Below are positions 12,233 to 24,859 of a stretch of 64,000 nt of DNA, piece after piece (positions within the stretch are counted from its first letter, which is position 1; each line of letters opens with the position of its first letter). The position numbers and the translations under genes were made by a program. Source of the DNA: Octopus vulgaris (lineage: Eukaryota); the NCBI GenBank assembly GCA_951406725.2, contig OX597829.1, positions 23,746,001 to 23,810,000 on the forward strand, in the 5' to 3' direction. Below the pieces are notes generated by a model. That model did not search any database and had not been told where the DNA came from. It saw nothing but the letters and a program-made list of their open reading frames with translations.

Positions 12233-14429
12233 TACACACACACATATGATCACACGAATATCTGTGAAAGAATAGCAAAGAAGACGGTTACCATATTTAT
12301 CTCTAAAACAATTAGAAACAAGAGATATAAATAGACAAAGATTAGATTCAGTGCCGCCTCACAAGAAAGAACGTATGTAATAAGATCGCACATTAACAAT
12401 TAACAAATCACAAGGTCAGTCATTAGCTCACACTATAATAAAACTACCTTCTCCCATGTCAAATAAGAGTGCAGTTTCATGTGGTACTCAGAGTAGAACT
12501 AGAAGTATGTAGAATTATAAGCAAACTACATGTAGTCAAGAAAGGAAATCTATTCTGAGATAAACATTTTCTCTTAAAAAAAAAAAACGTAGAAAAAATA
12601 TATTTAATTTGGTATTATTTGTAATGCATCCACGTCTTGACCAAAGTCACCTGAAAATTTCTATTTTATTTTATTTTATTTTATTTTGTGTGTCCACATA
12701 TTATAGCAAATATGTTATTACTATTTTCAATACATTTAATAAGATAAACATGTTTAAAAATCATTATTGACCAACCGGAAATACTAGAATCTCTCTCTCT
12801 CTCTCTTCCCCCCCAATCTCTCTCTTTCCATCTCTCTCTCTCTCTCTCTCAATATAAATGTATTAAATTAAATTGTTTCCTTTCTTCACCTTTTTCATTT
12901 CTTTCCTGATTTAATTTTCGATTCTTTTCGTCTAGCAAATTCTATATAAACTGAAATTGTTGCTTAATGAAAGATGAAACGGTAAATATATTTTCATATA
13001 TCTTTTTAAAAAGAAAACAAAGTTTGCTAAATGAGAAAAAATAAAAAAATGAAAAAAAACCTCCTGAGAACACATCGGGGCTCGAATCCTCGTCCCTTCA
13101 TATGTACCGTAGTGCGAATGGTCACGAAACTATCTGTTCTTAATAGTCAATAAACTATATCAGAAAAGTGATTTGACTCAAATCGTGAAATCTCTTACAT
13201 ATTGTTTGTGCGGTGAAATTAATTCTGGTCATTGTTTTTCGTTTCTTTTTACTTGCTGAGTTTGGAGGAAGGGGGAATGTCCATGGTTTTTGCAGATCCT
13301 CCAAAGCCAGTGAAACTGACACCATCAATGTTCCTCGTCATCGACCTGCAGACGTCCGGGGAAGAATGGACTGGGTGTAGTGATTAGTGTGAGATCTAGA
13401 GGGGATGGACACAACAAATGTGATAGGAAGATGATAGATGAGAAGGATGGGGATATCTGGGCGGTGGTGGCATGAACCCAGCCAAATTCGAGGAACAAAG
13501 ACCAGTAGAGTAGTGGTATGAAAGTCAGAGAGAGGATTACAACCCACCTGTGGGATAAAGGCTGGAGACAGTCTCTGGAATTAAAACATGTTCATACAAG
13601 TGCCTTATCTGTAACTAAACCTATGCCTTACCTGGTCTTACCTGTGTCTTACCCGTTGCCGCTGATTTGATTCAGATCATGAAATCTTTTATATAATGTT
13701 GTGTTGTGGCATTAATCCATCATAAACAGTTAACGACTCTCCTGTGTCAGTGGACTTGATTCAATTCAAACACGAAATAAATCTCTTAATTAATTTTGTC
13801 AATAATGACATTAATCCAGTTTGCACTAATTACTCGAAAGTAATTTGTAGTTTAATTTACTATCAGTAAGTCCAATCATCATCATCAGTCTTCATTCTAT
13901 CGGGCAACTTGCCCGAACCAATGCAATACCTCCCCGCTAGATGTTCCGATCGAGCGATGCGGTATAAATGTCTGACCTGGGTTGTAGTCTCATTGATCTT
14001 TCGCTAGCTGAAATATCTCATTTGTGCACAGCTAGACCACGAATGGTTGCAGACTTTCGCTAACTGAACTTGTTGATCTGGGCCATTGAAAATTTATCGT
14101 CTGTTCATCAGCTCAGTATCCAGTGATATTCGTCACCATACTGCATCCCATAATTTCAACGTACTCTGGCTCGGTGGTTACGAGTTACATGCTATTTAAC
14201 ACACTGTTGGGGCCCTGATAGTTGATGCTCTTCCGGAATTAAGTATACCTTGGAATAAAAGTGGCTCAAAAGGTAGTTCCACACTTTCGAAATCCTGGAA
14301 CTTCCGAACCAGGTCTACTGCATTCCCCCACCGGATGTAGTTCAAATCATACCCCAGATAAGCAAGTTCAATAATTAAACGAAATTATTGTTAGATCTAA
14401 TTGAGTCGAAGTTAAATCAATACACATAT

Positions 14430-14845
14430 ACTCTTTGACTCTTTTACTTGTTTCAGTCATTTGACTGCGGCTATGCTGGAGCACCGCCTTTAGTCGAGCA
14501 AATCAACCCCAGGACTTATTCTTTGTAAGCCTAGTACTTATTCTATCGGTTCCCTTTTGCGGAACCGCTAAGTTACAGGGACGTAAACACATCATCATCG
14601 GTTGTCAAGCGATGTTGGGGGGGGGGGGGGTGAGGTCAAATGCAGACACGCAAACACATACACACACATACACAAATATATACGACGGGTTTCTTTCAGT
14701 TTCCGTCTACCAAATCCACTCACAGGGCTTGGTCGGCCCGAGGCTATAGTAAAAGACACTTGCCCATGGTGCCACGCAATGGAACTGAACCCAGAACCAT
14801 GTGGTTGGTAAGCAAGCTACTTACCACACAGCCACTCCTGCGCCT
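14430..14845 (-). mobile_element. SINE family B, full length
   Basis: tRNA-like head aggcgcaggagtggctgtgtggtaag...gggttcag, internal microsatellite, aaagag tail. Confidence 0.85.
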
Positions 14846-15184
14846 ATATGTGAAGTATTCAGGCAAAACACGTTGCAGTTGTGGTTTAGCCCTAGGTCGA
14901 CCAAGACGAAGCGGATCTAAAGTATCCCAGCAATTATACGCTTTGTTTATTTTCTCTTTCTTCAGTTTTTTCCTTCTTTTATTCCACCCCGTCCCCACTT
15001 GTTGTTGCATGTCCATGTATTGACATTCTTAGGCATAGATGAACATCACTGAACGACCACAAGGTAAGGACGAATGTATAACTATCGTTTTAAACCAGAC
15101 GATAGTTCAGTAAAATATGGGAAAGGAATAGGTTTTTTTTTTCTTTTTGTTAAATATAGGTTATAGCAATTTTTTAAAGGTAAC

Positions 15185-15603
15185 AGGTGTAGGAGTGGCT
15201 ATGTGGTATGTAGCTTGCTTACTAGCCACAAAGTTCCGGGTTCATTCTCACTGTATAGCACCTTGGGCAAGTGTCTTCTACAACAGCCTCGGGCCGACCA
15301 AAGCCTTGTGAGTGGATTTGGTAGACGGAAACTGAAAGAAGCCCGTCGTATATATATATATATATATATGTATGTATTTATATATATGTACGTGTGTGTA
15401 TATGTTTGCCCCCCCCCCCGCCAACCATGCTTGACAACCGATGATAGTGCGTTTACGTTCCCGTAACTTAGCGGTTAGGGTTAGGGTTAGAATAAGTACT
15501 AGGTTTACAAAGAATAAGTCCTGGGGGCGATTTGCTCGACTAAAGGCGGTGCTCCAGCATGGCCACAGTCAAATGACTGAAACAAATAAAAGAGTCAAAG
15601 AGT
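15185..15603 (+). mobile_element. SINE family B, full length
   Basis: Same consensus, including caccttgggcaagtgtcttcta segment. Confidence 0.85.
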
Positions 15604-15848
15604 ATATGTGTATTGATTTAACTTCGACTCAATTAGATCTAACAATAATTTCGTTTAATCATTGAACTTGCTTATCTTGGGTATGATTTGAACTACATCC
15701 GGTGGGGGAATGCTTTTTAGTCTACATTTTCAGTATTTCTCCTTGTGTAAGTTTTAAAAACTTATGCTTTTAAGGATGCCGAAGCTCAGCTTGCCCGGGC
15801 GCCAGCAACTCTAGGGCCGCGCCTGTAATCATGTATACATGCATACAA

Positions 15849-16080
15849 AGGCGGTGAGCTGGCAGAAATGTTAGCACGCCGGGCGAAATGCGTAGCCGTA
15901 TTTTGTGTGCCGTTACGTTCTGAGTTCAAATTCCGCCGAGGTCGACTTTGCCTTTCATCCTTTCGGGGTCGATAAATTAAGTACCAGTTGCGCACTGGGG
16001 TCGATGTAATCGACTTAATCCCTTTGTCTGTCCTTGTTTGTCCCCTCTATGTCTAGCCCCTTGTGGGCAATAAAGAAAAA
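15849..16080 (+). mobile_element. SINE family A
   Basis: aggcggtgagctggcagaa...gagttcaaattcc (B box)...gcctttcatcctttcggggtcgataaattaagtaccag; many copies in window. Confidence 0.85.
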
Positions 16081-17240
16081 AATATATACATGCATAGATT
16101 GATATTTGTAAACATGAATATTTGTTCGTTCTAAAATAGCTCCAGATTTTGTCAACGAATTTTTTTTTTTACGAAATTTGACATACAAATCTAAAATAAT
16201 TCCAGAAAAATGCATGAAGGAAAAAACGTGGCCAAAAGTCTTCCAGTACATTTCGTTGTTCGCTTGCTCAAACAAAGATTTACAGTGATATACTTCTGAG
16301 TACATCAAACTGCCAACAGGACAATAAAAAGTTTTTTTGATTGACATCATTATGTAAAAAAGAAAAAGTCTTTCGATTTGCATATTTTCAACGAACGCTT
16401 CCCTACGTGTGAGAATTTCTTTTTCAAATACGGTGTTTCTGAACGAATAAATTACCTTTAGAAAATTGCCGTAACTTAGGCTTAACAATAGAAAAGTACA
16501 TTTCGACGTATGTTGCAAAATGGATAGCTCTCTATATATCAAACAGCTTGCTCTCATGATCATTGCATTTTCCCGTTTGTCATTCATAAAACTTTGCAGA
16601 GTTGCAAACTGCAGGTATGACAACGAAGACGTTAACAAGCAATAACAATATTGAAAATATATTGTTCTCTTTTTCATTTCCATTTAACTATCCACTTGCT
16701 GCTTCATTTTTGTATACAAATTACACACGGCAAATCATTTAAGTTTTATAAAAATGGTTTCCACACATTTCGCACCCAAATAACTTCGTATAACTTTGTT
16801 GATGTTATATAAGCTGTCACTGCGTATATTTTCTTTATGGCTGGGATGTTTCACTTACTTTTATCATAGCTATCAATTCAATCAATCGGTCAACTGTTAA
16901 TTTATCTATTGATCAATGAATCTGTCTAGCCATTCTACCCAGCTAGAATTCTCCATCTGTCTGACCACTCGACCTACCAACATGTCTACATATCAACCCA
17001 TCTACCTATCTACGTACCCCAGCCTACAAATGTAAGTGCTCATTTTATAAATATAAAATATAAATATTACAAAAACTGAACATGAACAAAATAACGGAAA
17101 CAACACATGTGTAAGATTAAAAAATTAATAATTGTATTTGATAGTGACATCGAAGGTACACTGGCTGAATGGTCATCAAATTCCTATTCGCTTTCTCTCA
17201 CATACACACAAACGCACACATACACACACACACGTGTGTG

Positions 17241-17326
<86 letters not shown>

Positions 17327-17556
17327 AAGGACATAAACCAATACACTCGCTGTGAAACGATGGTTAGATACACACACACACAAACGTCTACAGGACAGGG
17401 TCCTTTCTGTTACAGTTGACCCAATCCACTCTCAAAGATTTGGTCAGTTTGGGGCTATTATAGAAGACACTTGCCCAAGGTGTGACTTGAACACGAAACC
17501 ATGAGGTTAAGAAACAATCTTCTTACCACGCAGCCATGCACGCACCTTATATTATA

Positions 17557-17978
17557 CTAGCAGCATAGCCCGGCGTTGCCCGGGTATGTAAGAGCCCCTA
17601 GTAGGCAACAACTAATCCCAATCTAGTCCTTTCCCTCTAGGGAACGAAGGCGCATGTGTAGGCTGCAATGTCTTCTCTTCACTCGAATACTTCTGTGTAT
17701 ACGATGTTCCTAGCTGTCCCTAGCTGTCGAGTTGTGTCCCCTAGACAGAAAATGTGGTGCATATAAAAAGCTTAGATTCTCGACCCCATGTCGAATTTAT
17801 CGATTTTTCTTCAGAACTGGGGGAACCTTTCAAAATTTTCGCTGCGTTATTTTTGAATTATGACATTGGGCTATGGGTGTGTCAAGTTTCATCAGAATCG
17901 GTTGAAAGCCGTGGTCAGGGTGAGGGTACAACCTGACAGACACACAGACAGACAAACTGCCGTTTATATAGAGAGAGA
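17557..17978 (-). mobile_element. Full-length non-autonomous Helitron, family 2 (422 bp)
   Basis: Minus strand starts TCTCTCTCTATATAAA, ends CCCGggcaacgcCGGG-ctatgctg-CTAG, A/T insertion site; interior differs from family 1. Confidence 0.8.
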
Positions 17979-18491
17979 TATCAACTAATTAACTAACAGC
18001 TTGACTGTTTCTATGTTCGACTGCGTGTTTGCTGTTTCCAATAACCAATAACGTAACACTTGTGGTAGTGTGTGTGTTCTTCCAATATATATCCTTGGCA
18101 TTCATTCATCTAATAACTTCTGACAATATACAGACAACTTCGTGAGACTTGGTATAATTGTGATGGGTAGAGGTCTCATGTAAGAATTCACTGTATGTGT
18201 GTGTGTGTGTATGTGTGTCTCTCTCTCTCACACACACACACACACAAATATATAAAACATAATTCATACCATACTCAACACTTTCCGTACGCCCAAACTC
18301 TCATCTACAGCTATATACACACATTGCAAAAATAAATAGACACACCTAATTATGACGTTTTATCTGTGCAAACGTTACCTGGTGCTTAAAAGACATTTCT
18401 ACTAAATACTAGATTAAGTATTTAAGTGCATGAAATGTCATTATTTTGTTTCTAGAAATGAATCTTTCAAGAATAACACTACCTATTTACT

Positions 18492-18543
<52 letters not shown>

Positions 18544-18593
18544 GCACGCACACACAGTGTAAAATAGAAAGCGTTAATCGGATTGAGACATAT

Positions 18594-18828
18594 TTATTTC
18601 TTTATTGCCCTCAGGGGGCTAAACATTGAAGGGACAAACTAGGACAGACAAACGCATTAAGTCGATTACATCGACCCCAGTGCATAACTGGTACTTATTT
18701 AATCGATCTTGAAAAGGATGAAAGGCAAAGTTGACCTCGGCGGTATTTGAACTCACAACGTAACGGCTGACGAAATACCACTAAGCATTTCGCCTGGTGT
18801 GTTAATGATTCTGCCAGCTCGTTGCCTT
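18594..18828 (-). mobile_element. SINE family A
   Basis: Reverse complement of 15849-16080. Confidence 0.85.
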
Positions 18829-19516
18829 CAGATTGAGACATATTAACAAGAGACCACCTCCGCGTATTCTGGGCCACTCAGATTCTGAATTCCAGGTGAT
18901 TTAACCATTCAGACCAACAGCTGATACAGAGTTGAAACAGTAGTTCACTGGTGTCATTTCAAATGACATTTTAAAATGTCACAGGTACACCTTTAATACC
19001 TTTAAAGATTTCGTAATCTACTGGCTTTGTCCGTGCGTGTGTATGAGCTGTGGCATAGGTAATAGGTGAGCAAGGGAAGTGACCGCTCCTCACGAGCACA
19101 TTTTTCAAAACTGGCACCTCTTCAACAATTCTTTTAACTCTTTAGTTCTCTATATCAGTAGTTGTAAGTTACATACATCGTAATAGAAACATGAATTTAA
19201 TGAATGTAGAATACAATTACGTGTATTATTTTATATTATAACTAGTGAAAGATTTCGAGTAATAGAAGAGAAATGAGTTGAAAATTGTTTGGTATATGTA
19301 ACAGCACCTTTTTTTTATGTACTCGCTCCCACTAACCTTAGAATCTGGCTATAAAATAAAATATGTTTCAACACACAAATTCATATAAAGAATCTTGCAA
19401 ACCAAATACAAAACTAAGTGTGTGTGTGTATATATATGTGTGTGTGTGACTGCAAGTCTATCGTTGACGATTTTTTTCCTTTGTCTTCCCTTCCTTGGAT
19501 CTTTCCTTTCACCAAT

Positions 19517-19551
19517 GTTTTTGACGAAGAGCTCCACTCGAAATGTTAAAT
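19517..19551 (+). ncRNA. Degenerate hammerhead motif, family H2
   Basis: GTTT-TTGACGA-A-GAGC tcc ACTC-GAAA-TGTT-AAAT. Confidence 0.4.
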
Positions 19552-19689
19552 CCTCTTTCTTTCCTTTTCTGAGCATCCAACAACACTATACTTGTTCCAC
19601 GTCCTCGCGTTGTTGTGTTTTCTCTTTGTGTTTTCATGTTTGGATTAACTTTATATATATATAATCATATTTTGTATGCCTGTAGTGCA

Positions 19690-20120
19690 TTGATGACATT
19701 ACAATGAAAGTCTTCCCAGTTAAGTGCAAGTTTTCCAGCCACCTTGCCACTATTATCCAACCAGCTCTTGGTATTGTCCATCCATTGCCTTCAGTATCTG
19801 CCTCTTGACCTAATAATACTCTCTACTCTTCCTTCCAAAATAATGTTTTCCAAACCTCTGCTTCTTCAAACATGGCCATAATAGACAAGCTTTTGTTTGT
19901 TTTTTTCACTATGACCAGTTGCCCACTTTCACCTGCTTGTTGTAACAGCCTATTCATTTGTCTGATAATCCATGTAAGAGATTTGTAACATTCTTCTATA
20001 CACCTATATCTCAAATGCATTGATTATGTTCTCTTCAAATTTGTTCAGAGTCTGTGCATCACAACCATAATTGCCTATTGGCCAAATGAGCACTCACTCT
20101 AGCTTTGTTTTTGACATAAT
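19690..20120 (-). pseudogene. Highly degraded RTE-type LINE 3' region
   Basis: Remnants GNYGCDAQTL, CIEECYKSLTW, GRGR..RQWMDN resemble RTE C-terminal motifs. Confidence 0.5.
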
Positions 20121-20169
20121 CGGGACACAAATGGGACTGAGCCTGAAGGATTGCTTAGATACATATGGC

Positions 20170-20700
20170 ACATCATATAACATACCATGTTAGATTTCTC
20201 CAAGATTTTCCACTTGATTGTATGTGGATTGCAGTTGGTCTTCTGATCCTATAAATGGTAAGCCAGCTTAGTGGTTTTAATTTTATTAATATATTTGAAA
20301 GAAAACTGGTGGTTTGCATAACAGCACTTAAAAAATTGCCTTTGCATATACCAATGTAATTTTTCTTTCTGATTACATTATCTTGTAGCATTGCTGTGAT
20401 TTCAGCTTCATACACAACTGACTTTATCAAACATGCCTGATCAAGCAGGCAAGCTTCAGAGTCTGAACAGTTATAACTGGGAATGGGTTCATAAGGTGAC
20501 TTGCTGGTGATAATATCCTTCATATTAGGGCAGCAGCTGTATGAAATTTTTTATGGAGCATCCTTTAAAAAAAATCATCCTGTATTTATAGTTTACTGGG
20601 AAATGCTTATTTAATAATGCCAAGAATTTCTTGTCTGTGTTACTTTTAACATCTAAAGAGAAAAGTACACACACATACACATTGTACTGTTCCATTATTA
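20170..20700 (-). pseudogene. Penelope-like element fragment (linker + GIY-YIG endonuclease)
   Basis: FSLDVKSNTDKKFLALLNKHFP, then CLLDQACLIKSVVYEAEIT...NYIGICKGNF. Confidence 0.8.
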
Positions 20701-21129
20701 GTGAGACCAATAAAAAATGTACTCCATCCAGTGAGAGATAAATATAATTTAATACATGTAGGATTTACATGGGAGCTTGTGTTTTAAGTTTTATGCCTCT
20801 GATAATACAATGGTTGGACAAGCTTGTATAGCATGCTGTCTATTATCAGGTAATCTTTCAACCTCAAAACACAACATGGCTTCTCTCCAAGAAAAAGTCA
20901 TAAAGAATGAAAAAGAATGAGAGGAAAAAGTAAATGAAAAAGGGAACAAGAAAAAAGGAACATGAAAGAAAAGGAGGTAAGAGTTGTGTCCCTTCCGCTC
21001 GTTAGAATGGGAATTAATAATGGTTAATGCAATTAATTCAATGGGGGAATTTTGTGAGACTGCATGCTTAATCTGGAGAAGTTGGTGTTTTCCAGTTTGA
21101 TAATAGAAACATATCCAGATGTTTACATC

Positions 21130-21335
21130 TGATGAAAATTTAAAATCTAGAATTCAATAGACTGGTGAAGTTCTTAGACTTAAATAGGATATGAAATCTT
21201 TCAGCTATACAAAGCCTGCACCCTTTCATATATGGCATAGATTGTTCTACAATGCTCCACTTGATGGTGTGTGGGATATTTTTGGTCTTCAGGTCCCAGA
21301 TATGGATCACTAACTCAGTACTTTTTTTTTCTTGG
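21130..21335 (-). pseudogene. Penelope-like element C-terminal fragment
   Basis: STELVIHIWDLK...IKWSIVEQSMPY..GCRLCIAERFHIL...LLNSR. Confidence 0.8.
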
Positions 21336-22399
21336 ATATGCCAACTACCAATCTTCTTTCCAACACATAGATCAGAGCAGCTTTGACTGAAGAAGAACTC
21401 CATGCTTTCTCAAAATGGTGTGTTATGAACACACATCATCTGAAGGGAGCAGGGTGCCCTCCAATAATGAAAAACAACAACAATCAGATATTCATGTTTT
21501 AATCTGCCAGTATATTAAGAATGAATAGATATTTTAGTACTTGAATTCACGCTGTTCTGCATGCGCTCCATGAATTATTGAAGTAGTTTTTCTTTCAACA
21601 GATGTCTCATTATCACCCAAAGTTCTTACATGCGAACAGCCAACCAGAAAAGTTGGATATGTGTTTTACGGTAGTCACTCTATGACGACCTGGGCAACAG
21701 CTGTTTTTCTCTTGGAACCCCTGCTGGGATAAACTTGTGAAATTGAATTTTGCAAATACTTTTTGCCATTTATATTTTTCTGAGAGTCGTACATTTCATA
21801 AAATTGATAGTGATTTTTGTGTTTGTTTTAAGGTTGCCACCAACCATTTATCACCCAAAATACATCACTCAAAGAATATATTAAAAGTTATACAATACAT
21901 ATGAGAATGTATTTATTAAAAGATGTGAGGAAAGTATAAAATAGCTTGATGCAATAATGTGGACAGTCTGCATTAATGAGTAACAGCTGTGTATGGATAA
22001 GATCTAAGATATCCATTATAAAATGAAGATATAGCTTGTACTCTTGTACTGTACTGTCTTACTTAGCCATGGGTAAAATCACCTAAAACAATGCACTGGG
22101 AAAATCATTGAGTATGACAAATGATTACAGATCAAAGACTGTATTGTCTTGGCCTGCTAATTGTTTATTTGGAATGACTTTTTCCTAGATAATCTGCCTT
22201 CACCATGGCTAAATAACACAAATCTACCATCACTCAATAAAGTCTTATCACATTTATTCACTGGTTCAAAGTATTTTGAAATCCCAACACAATATTGTCA
22301 AATAGTTGTTGCCCCTATACTGGGTTCATCCAGTACTCCATACTGGAGTACTGGTTTAGCCATTGATAATCTGACCATATAACAGTTTGTACTGAATTA

Positions 22400-22860
22400 T
22401 ATGTTATTAATAGTGCTCAGGAGCCACCTGATATATGGAAGCATACCAAACTGTCTATTGTATGAAGAACTATGTTATGAGAATGGATCTTTTTTACAAA
22501 GTGAAATTAAGGTACAAGGACTCACTTAAATCTGATATGAAAAAAAAAAGAATATATTCATATAGAAAGTTGGAAAACTTGCAATTGATAGGATATCATA
22601 GAGAAAATATATGCTGAATGTATCCATGCATTTTGGAGTTGTAAATTTTGCAGTTGATATGATACTGCAGAGAAAATATATACTGAATATATCCATGTAT
22701 TTTAAAGAGAATTGTACCAAATACACAAAATTAAAATGAGAAATAAAGAAAGGAAATCCTGTTGACAGCAATAATCCTTTCAAATGTTTTAGCTGTGACC
22801 GAATTACTCTTTTTTTAAGGTTGGTCTTCACTCAAAGGTACATGGACCAGAGCAAACTAA
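22400..22860 (+). pseudogene. Degraded RTE/BovB-like LINE C-terminus
   Basis: KLRYKDSLKSDMKK and downstream FKCFSCDRI. Confidence 0.5.
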
Positions 22861-23394
22861 TAATAAACCTTTGCCATATCAAAGAGTATGCATCTGTCAA
22901 TCATGTAATAATTGTTGTCTTTCTATTGGCCAGGCAAGACATGTCTCTACACAATACAAAATGTAATAATTCTGTATAGCATTTAACTGAGAAGAGACGC
23001 GTTACTGTGATAGTTGTAGTAAAAGCTGCAAATGACCAGCTGGACTATAATGCCATCTTTAATTTGTGGATCATTTACATTAGCCATACGATTAAGTTGA
23101 TTTAAGGTGGTGATCTGGCTGAGTTGTTAACATGCTGGACAAAATGGTTTGCAGCATTTCACCTGATTTTATGTTCTGAGTTAAGATTTCACTGAGGTCA
23201 AATGTGCTTTTCTTCTTTCCAAAGTCAGTGAAATAAGATCAGCACCGCACCCCAAATTTCAGGCCTTGTGCCAATAGTAGACAGAATTATTATCATAATT
23301 AGATCATGAAAACTTTCAGCTTTATTTTACTGGGTATGTTGAAAAAAAGTCAGCTGTCCACAGCCAGTATACTAAGGTGACACTTGTTTACTGA

Positions 23395-24060
23395 TCACAC
23401 TTCAAGAACTCTATAGAGGACTTTTGCAGTTCCAAGCAACAATAATTTATGTAAGTATTCTATCTCTATGTCTGTACCAATCTTTTTGCACCATGTTGGT
23501 AGCTGGGTACTGATACTTCCAAGTGCACCAATCCCTATTGGTATCATGTCCACCGAGAGAAACAAATGCACAATATGTGACGAGAGGCGTGAAACAGTGT
23601 GACACATTGTCAAATCTTAGGAACAGTTCCTAATACACCTGTAATTATAACAATACATTTTATCCACACTTTCCACAGCCTCTGTTACACAATGGCTAGG
23701 TCCAGGTACTTTGTTATTTTCTGTATCCCTCTCATATAGACTTCCTCAACATTTGGGACTGTAAAGTCATTTACCCAGCACTTTCTATTCTCTTTATCTA
23801 CTACTACTAAATCAGGCCTTCTAGTTTCTATTACTCTGACAGTCTGAATGCTAAAATCCCACATCTTATATTTTTTACTTTACTAAGTTCATGTTCATAC
23901 CACTTACCAGTACAGTCAAATCCTAGCTTTCTACATAACTCCCAGTGGATTATTCTCCCTTGGTTGTTGTGTCTTTTCTTGCATTCTTTCTGTACCAACA
24001 TACTACATTCACTAACTATATGAGTAACACTTTCCTTCTTTGATTTACATGTTGCTTTGA
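23395..24060 (-). pseudogene. R4/Dong-type LINE C-terminal fragments (Zn knuckle + RLE)
   Basis: ESVTHIVSECSML...KRHN..IIHWELCRK..KWYEHE, RRPDLVVVDKE, IPIGIGALG...LLGTAKVL. Confidence 0.85.
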
Positions 24061-24859
24061 GACGCCACATTCTCCTTATTTCAATAAATACTTACCTAGT
24101 TTTACAGACATGTTCAAGGATGTGTTTTAGTCAGCTGAGGCTGCAATATCAATTACAAGACAAGTTTTTTTGAAAAATATTTTTACAATAGAAATTATAC
24201 ATTTCTAAATCTCTCAGAGAGATTTATGCAGTAGTGATACAATAAAGTAGTTGTATACTGTCAGCTTAATGTGACAGTCCCATGAAGGGAATAATACTAC
24301 TGCTATTTATCCCTAGGAAGCAGCAATGCTTCCTATCGGCCTTGACACATTTTCTGTATCTTTATCTTTACAAGGGGGAGTTAAGAACCCCCACCCATCT
24401 AAGCCAGCATCCAAAGGCTAGTTTCTGTGTCTTTGCTCGTCATCAGTCTGAAGTAGCATGGCTTGCTAATTGAAAATGCCTATCTAGCTCTTGTAAACAT
24501 ATAATTATTCTAGTGAAATACATTCAATGATTTCAAAAATAGAAATAATACATGTCTTAATCTCTCAGAGAGATTTATACAGTAGTGATACGATAAAGTA
24601 GTTGTATACTGTCAACTTAATGTGATAGTCCCATGTGATAGTCACATAAGGACACAGGACACATAAGGACTTGATTTTTATAATGATATCTGTATTTCTT
24701 GATCAGTCTGAACACTGAAATTTCAAAAGATGGTCACCTTAGTTTTCTGGGCAACATGTGTTCCCACCAATTTTTTTTTTTTTTTGTGAGGTGGGGAAAT
24801 TTGTATGTGCTGCATATTGACCAGTGTGTCTACTGAGCAGCCTTGTCATGTCTTTGCAA

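Noticed and set aside
16015-16683. 222-aa minus-strand ORF
   Set aside because: No recognisable motif, AT-biased composition, C-terminus runs into SINE A; no splice support
21400-21800. Possible pogo/Tc1 transposase remnant
   Set aside because: Too degraded to call without a profile search
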